Source: the human T2T-CHM13v2.0 reference genome, Homo sapiens
Assembly: GCF_009914755.1 (NCBI RefSeq)
Contig: NC_060925.1
Length of the DNA stretch: 64,000 nucleotides
Reading direction: 5' to 3' (one strand)
Shown: positions 58,658 through 64,000 of the stretch, in pieces
Layout of the letters: each line of letters begins with the position of its first letter
Position numbering within the stretch: the stretch's first letter is position 1
The notes under the pieces: generated by a model
What the model was told of the DNA's origin: nothing
Database searches by the model: none
What the model saw: only the letters and a program-made list of their open reading frames with translations
Made by a program: the position numbers and the translations under genes

Positions 58658-59503
58658 AAACCTGTTTCTTGAAACCCCAGGCTCCTACTGAGAAGCAATG
58701 TTTTTGCACATCTATGTACACACATGCATATACATGCACATATACTATAGTGGAAGGAACCTGGCCTTTGGGAGTCTGACAGTCCTTGGCTCAACCTTCA
58801 TAACTGTGTGACTCTGGGCAAGTCAGTTAACTTTTCTGGCTCTCAGTTTTCTCATGTATAAAATAGGAAAAGTGAGATCTTATGAATGGGGAGGAACATC
58901 TGGGGAAACTATAATGCAAACAGGTTACTGACAATGCAGATGTGAGAGGTGCTGTTCAGAGTGATGGTGGATGCGAATTTCCACAAGGGTGTATATGCAG
59001 CTGGCGTTTACCCATTTCCATCAGTAACTAGTTATGTCTCTTGTTTTCTTTAATAACCATGGCCCTCCTCACCACCCCCCTGCTTCCTGCCCATTTGTCT
59101 GCCTCCTCGAGGTCTGTACTGGAGCCCAGAGGGGGTCTGGGAACCAGGCCTCACGGATTGCTTATAGGTTCTGGTTGCCTGGGAGTTTGTATGCGTGTGA
59201 TCGAGATTCTGCCTGTGCAAATGCATATCTGTCAAGGCTCAGCTGTCTGGGTAAATATACCTGTATGTGGGTTCCTGGGTCTATTTAGCCTGTTCGTGTG
59301 CTTCTCTGTATTTCTGTACGTCTGTGTGGGTACATGTGGGCTTAAGCGTGTCCATGTGTGGGATCACGCGTTTGCTCAGTTGTGGCTGCTGTGGTCAGCT
59401 GTGTGTGTGTATGTGTGATGCCAGCTTAAGTGTGTGCCTGGATTTGGTGTCTTCAGTCATACATGTGGGTATGTGCACTTTTCACGTTTATTTCTATTCG
59501 TTT

Positions 59504-59529
59504 TGTGTGTGTGTGTGTGTGTGTGTGTG
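59504..59529 (+). repeat. (GT)n microsatellite inside a GT-rich tract
   Basis: Direct observation. Confidence 0.9.
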
Positions 59530-61499
59530 AGTCTAGCTAAGCCTGTTTGTGTGTGAGGACACAGGGGTGCATGTGTGCCTGTGTGTAGCCAGGTGAGCCC
59601 AGCTGTGGCTGGGTGTGAGCATGCCTGGGTGTGCACACGCTTTGCCTGGCTCTCTGCATCTCGCTGTGTCAGGAGCCAAACCGGCTCCTGCCTGTCTCAG
59701 AGCTCTCTGGATGTGTGTTTGGCAGGGGGTGGGGGCGTGAGGCTGATCCTCTGCTGTCCCTGCAGGTTTCCAATCTCGAGGCCTGTGACTGCAGGCACTG
59801 GTGTCACTGTGGATCAGTGTTGCCTCCCTCCCACCTCTGCCTTTCTCTGGGTTTTCAGGGTCATGGTGTGGCAGTGTGACTGGCCACAGTGTCCCTGTGG
59901 GTCTCTTTCACCATGGGTCAGTATGTGCTCGTGTGTGTGTCCATGCATGTGTGGATTTGTGTGACCTTATTGTGTGTCTGTGTACCACAGCGTGTCTCTG
60001 TGTATGTCAGTGGGTCCTTGTGCTATGTCACTGTATGATTGTGCCAGTATGGCCGTGTGTCAGCGTCAACATGTGTGAGCAGGTCTGTGTGCCATGGTGT
60101 GTCAGCACAACGGTGCCCCAGGGTTTGTGTGGTACCTTTGTGAAGGGCTCAGTGTGTGAGTGCGTGTGTGCATGCATGTGAGATACCCTTTGTGAGACGG
60201 TGTGTGTGTGTCTGTGTCACTGTGTTTGTGTGTGCCTGCTTCCCTCTTCCCTCCCTCTCCCTCCCTTCCTCTCTCTCTCTCTCTGTAGGAGCCAGACAAC
60301 TCCCCAAGCCTGGATTAGGGACAATTTATCCACAGGCAGAGAAGGAGAATTCCAACCTGCCAGAGCCTCCCTCCTCTGATCTGTCCCCCCTTTCCCTGTG
60401 GTTGGGTGGGCACAGAAACACAGCCCGGCAGCTCCCAAGCCCTTGGGGAGCCCCCACCTTTGCAGCTCCCCAGAGGCCCAGGAGGAAGGAAAAGATGGAA
60501 ATCTGGGTGGCCCTAGAGCCCTCCAGTGGGGGTAGATTGGCTGCCCCCCATTCAGGCCCCCACAGCTCGGCTCATCTTGGCCCTGTTCTCCTACATATGG
60601 TGGTGGTGGGTGGGAGGAGTCTGCATGGGGTCTGCCTGGCCCTGAGTGTTGGGGGGGAACTTCAGGAGCAAAGCTGCCCTTAGCCCCTCCACAACCTGAT
60701 ACTCCCCAGCAGATAAACGTCAGGCCCCCACCCAGTGTAAATGAACTTCCAACAGTGCCCACACAGGCTGGGGGAGCTGCTGGGAGGCAGAGGACAGTGT
60801 GGTGGGGGGAACACAGCAAGGAGGGGTGCAGGGGCTGGGCTGGGACTAAGGCTCCCTTCACGGTGCTCCAGGCGCAAGGCAGAATCACATGTTTCCCATT
60901 AGCTGCTCTGGCCTCCTTGTTCAGGGGGTGTTGGCTGGGGGAGATTTGTTCTGGTTGCAGACACCAGCCGAGACCACACAAGAGAGAGAGAGGAAAAGAC
61001 AGAGAGAGAGAGCGTGCCAGAGGGAGAGAGGAAAAGACAGAGAGGAAGAGGGAGAAAGATACACAGGGAGACACAGAGACATGGGGAGAGAAACAGAGAC
61101 AGAGAGACAGAGAAAGACAGAAACTGGAAGACGGGCACGCACAAACACAAAAGCAGAGACGGACTGGTGATGAGGGGCTCATGGAAGAAGGGAGATGGAG
61201 AGGAAGGTAGAGAGAGGCGGGTGAGACCTTGTCAGAGGCTGAGGGGAGGGGGTAGCTCAGGCCCAGAGTGAGTCTGAGGCCAGTAAGGACCAAGGAAGAG
61301 CCCCAGAGGGGAGAGAGGCACGGGGGAAGCGAGCCAGGCAGAGATGGGAAAGGCAGGAGAGAGCAGGGACCAGGGGTTTCTGCAGGAGCCTGAGAAAGAG
61401 GCAGCGAAGCAGAGGCAGGGTGGGCCGGGGAGAAGGGCCGAGGGGAGGCCTGTGTGGGCAGTAGACAGGCCAGAGCTGGGATGTGTGGGCAGGGGGAGT

Positions 61500-61730
61500 G
61501 GACGCGCCCAAGCTGGCTCGGCGGGGGCGGCCAGTGCGCCAAGCCTCCCGCCTCCTGACCCCCGAGCCTGGGAGAGATAACAGGCCCGAATAGTGCTGAC
61601 TTGCGGTTCAGAAATCCAATATCCTCCCCGGTGCACTGATCGACTGACTACCTGAGCTCCCGGCCCGCGCAGAGCTGCCCCGATTAATCCTGTGGCTCCA
61701 GAGCCTTAATTAGTTTAACAGTTTCAGGGG
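61500..61730. promoter_or_regulatory. Small intronic CpG-rich element with a cluster of TF motifs
   Basis: Local CpG enrichment; GC box ggggcgg, AGATAA, TGCTGAC, CCAAT, and homeobox-like gattaatcc and cttaattag. Confidence 0.5.
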
Positions 61731-62392
61731 CAGGAGAGGCAGGAAATAGGGTCCCCAGGCCCTCAGGGACACAGCCCCCTGCCTCCCATGCAAACCCTGC
61801 CTTGGTGCCCCACCTCACAGACACACACCTGCCCTGGCCCTAAAGGCCCTTCTCCACACCATCTGAAGAATGCTGGGTCCCTCCCCCTGGGGAACAGTCC
61901 CACGGGCTGACATATGGGTGAGAGGGTAGATCATGCGGGACTGAGCACCCCCCAGCTCCCACTTGTCCCTCTGCTCAGGGCCCTAAGCATTTCCTCTGGC
62001 CAGCCCTTTGGGGCTCTGTGGTCTGCATGGGAAGGCCCCACCAGCTGCCAGCCCCGTATCACCAGAAAACATGTCGTCTCTTTAGAGTGAGACACGAGCT
62101 CCCAAGTTACTGACAACTTCCCAACAGCATGAGAGAATCACACATGCCACTCCCCACAACAGCCTGCGACGGGCACATGGTGACATCTCACACACACAAC
62201 AGCCAGAGACAGGCGCACAAGTTGGTGACAACCCTCCTAACGGGATGAACTAAGCACATAACCTGTCGCTTCCTCCAAACATGAGATGGGCACACCTGAC
62301 ACACCCTCGACAGCATGGGGCAGGCGTCTGTTACCCCTCACAGTGGCATAACTGACACGCAACCAGGCACCCCCACACCCACTAATGCACAG

Positions 62393-62672
62393 AGAACCTG
62401 TTACACAGCTGACCAAGACACACACACACGCACGCACGCATGCATGCACACACCCACACAAAGAACCTGTCACATAGTTGACCAAGACACACACACATGC
62501 ACACACACACAGAACCTGTCACACAGCTGACCAAGACACACACACACGCACGCATGCATGCACACACCCACACAAAGAACCTGTCACATAGTTGACCAAG
62601 ACACACACACATGCACACACACACAGAACCTGTCACACAGCTGACCAAGACACACACACACACACACACACA
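62393..62672 (+). repeat. Compound minisatellite: 5 copies of a 26-bp core separated by CA-rich spacers
   Basis: Core agaacctgtcacaYagYtgaccaaga at 62393, 62462, 62511, 62576 and 62625. Confidence 0.92.
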
Positions 62673-64000
62673 CGTGGGACAAGTCCCATCTTCCAGGTGT
62701 GAGGAAGGCATGGACCCCTCCACCCACCACACAGCATGAGGCAGGGACATAACCTCGCCCCTGCCTGGGAATCCTCCCTGCAGACTGTGGGATGGGTACA
62801 CAACATGTCACCTCCCCGGCTGCCTTGGACAGGTGACAGCCCACCTCACCCCTCCCCCATCACTGTCACCAGCCTGGGTGGTGCCGTCCCTCTGCCTGCA
62901 GAGGCGTCACAGCTCACACGGCATGAATGTCACCCCAGCACTGCCAGAGCCGGGCACAGCCACACATTGCCCCAGTGACAAACACCACTGGCCCCAGAGG
63001 AGGTGAAGGCACACAGGGCTCTGGTGTGACCTTGGCCTCTGGACACCAGGAGGGGAGGTGCTGTGGCTTCCCGCCCAGTGGCGGGTGCTGGGGGAGAGGA
63101 GTGCTGGGGAGGAAGCTGCCTGGACACACTGACTACCTGGAAATGCCACCTCCCCCAGCCCTCACTCCACTCCATTTCTTATTCACTGTAGTTGTGTATC
63201 TAGGGAGGGGGCTGAATGAGTGGTGGAGGGAGGGCTGTCCTGAGGCGCTGTTACTATGAGACTGCTTAGAGATCAGTGGGGAGTAGGGCGGTTAGGGGTT
63301 GCTATCACCATGTGCTCAGTGGGAAGAGTATGGGATAATGGCTTGAGACCCCCATAGCTTCCAGGGGAGCCCTTCTTCCTTACAAAGGCCCCCTCTCCAA
63401 ACTTCAGGCCACAGAGCTGGGGACAAGGAGGCCAAAGTCCAGGAACATGACTCACCCAGGGAACAGGCCCAGCCTGCTGGCCATAGTGGTGAGGGAGGCC
63501 AAGAGCCAAGAGGCCTGGGTTCCAGTCTGAGCTCCTCCAGGGCCAAGCTGGGTGACCTTGGAGCAGCAGCTCAGCCTCTTTGGCTTCGGGGAGGGGGGAA
63601 GGGGCCGCAGTGAGAGAAGTGCCAGGGTCAGAAAGAAGAAGCTGAAGCTGGAGACCAGCAGGCAGAACTTCAGGCCACAGAGGGCTCCAGCCCGCCTCCC
63701 CTGCTCCCCTGCTTCCTCACAAGGAACCTCATCTTCCTCATCTGTACAAAAGGGACAAGAGTGCCAGCCTCATGAGACAAGGTAGCATAAAGTGGGCCGC
63801 TCCTCAAGAAATGGGAAGCTTCTGATTGAAGAGAGGGAGAAATAGACTAAGAGACTTGCCCAAGCCACAGAGCAAATTAGGATCAGCTGAACTCAGCCTC
63901 CATCTCCTGGCTCCCCACCTGGAGCTGTTTCTTTAAGACTGCTTGGAGGTCAAGTGTGGAGGGGGACAGGGGAGATGTTGGGGTGTTGTTGGATGCAGTG

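Noticed and set aside
60217-61542. 441-aa minus-strand ORF
   Set aside because: Low-complexity S/L/P/C translation of CT-rich intronic DNA with a non-ATG start and no recognisable domain.
62393-62672. CRISPR-like repeat-spacer appearance
   Set aside because: Spacers are duplicated CA microsatellites rather than unique sequences; eukaryotic context with no cas genes.

Overview
Human (primate) euchromatic DNA, GC-rich and dense in Alu, MIR and L2 repeats. The one protein-coding gene is AHDC1 (Gibbin; the Xia-Gibbs syndrome gene, chr1p36.1-p35.3) on the minus strand. Its whole 1603-aa ORF (46607-51418) lies in one 4,929-nt exon (46564-51492). Splice signals also support four 5'UTR exons (58009-58186, 57608-57833, 52377-52488, 52195-52232), a 12.3-kb intron inside the 3'UTR, and a terminal exon (about 33585-34222) with an ATTAAA signal. 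The promoter and first exons lie beyond the right edge of the window. Positions 1-33 kb are intergenic: a 3' L1 fragment, about 30 Alus, MIR/L2/MER relics, an orphan CpG island (about 27.1-27.75 kb) and several candidate enhancers with RFX X-boxes. The most interesting signal is post-transcriptional control of AHDC1. First, the leader carries 8 uATGs and a multi-exon uORF whose outcome depends on a MIR-derived exon and a 38-nt microexon. Second, the stop codon is only 43 nt from the last exon junction, just under the NMD threshold. Third, there is a candidate NMD poison exon in the 3'UTR intron. Fourth, inverted Alus bracket the whole coding exon. Exon calls come from splice motifs only, with no transcript data, and repeat subfamilies were assigned by eye.
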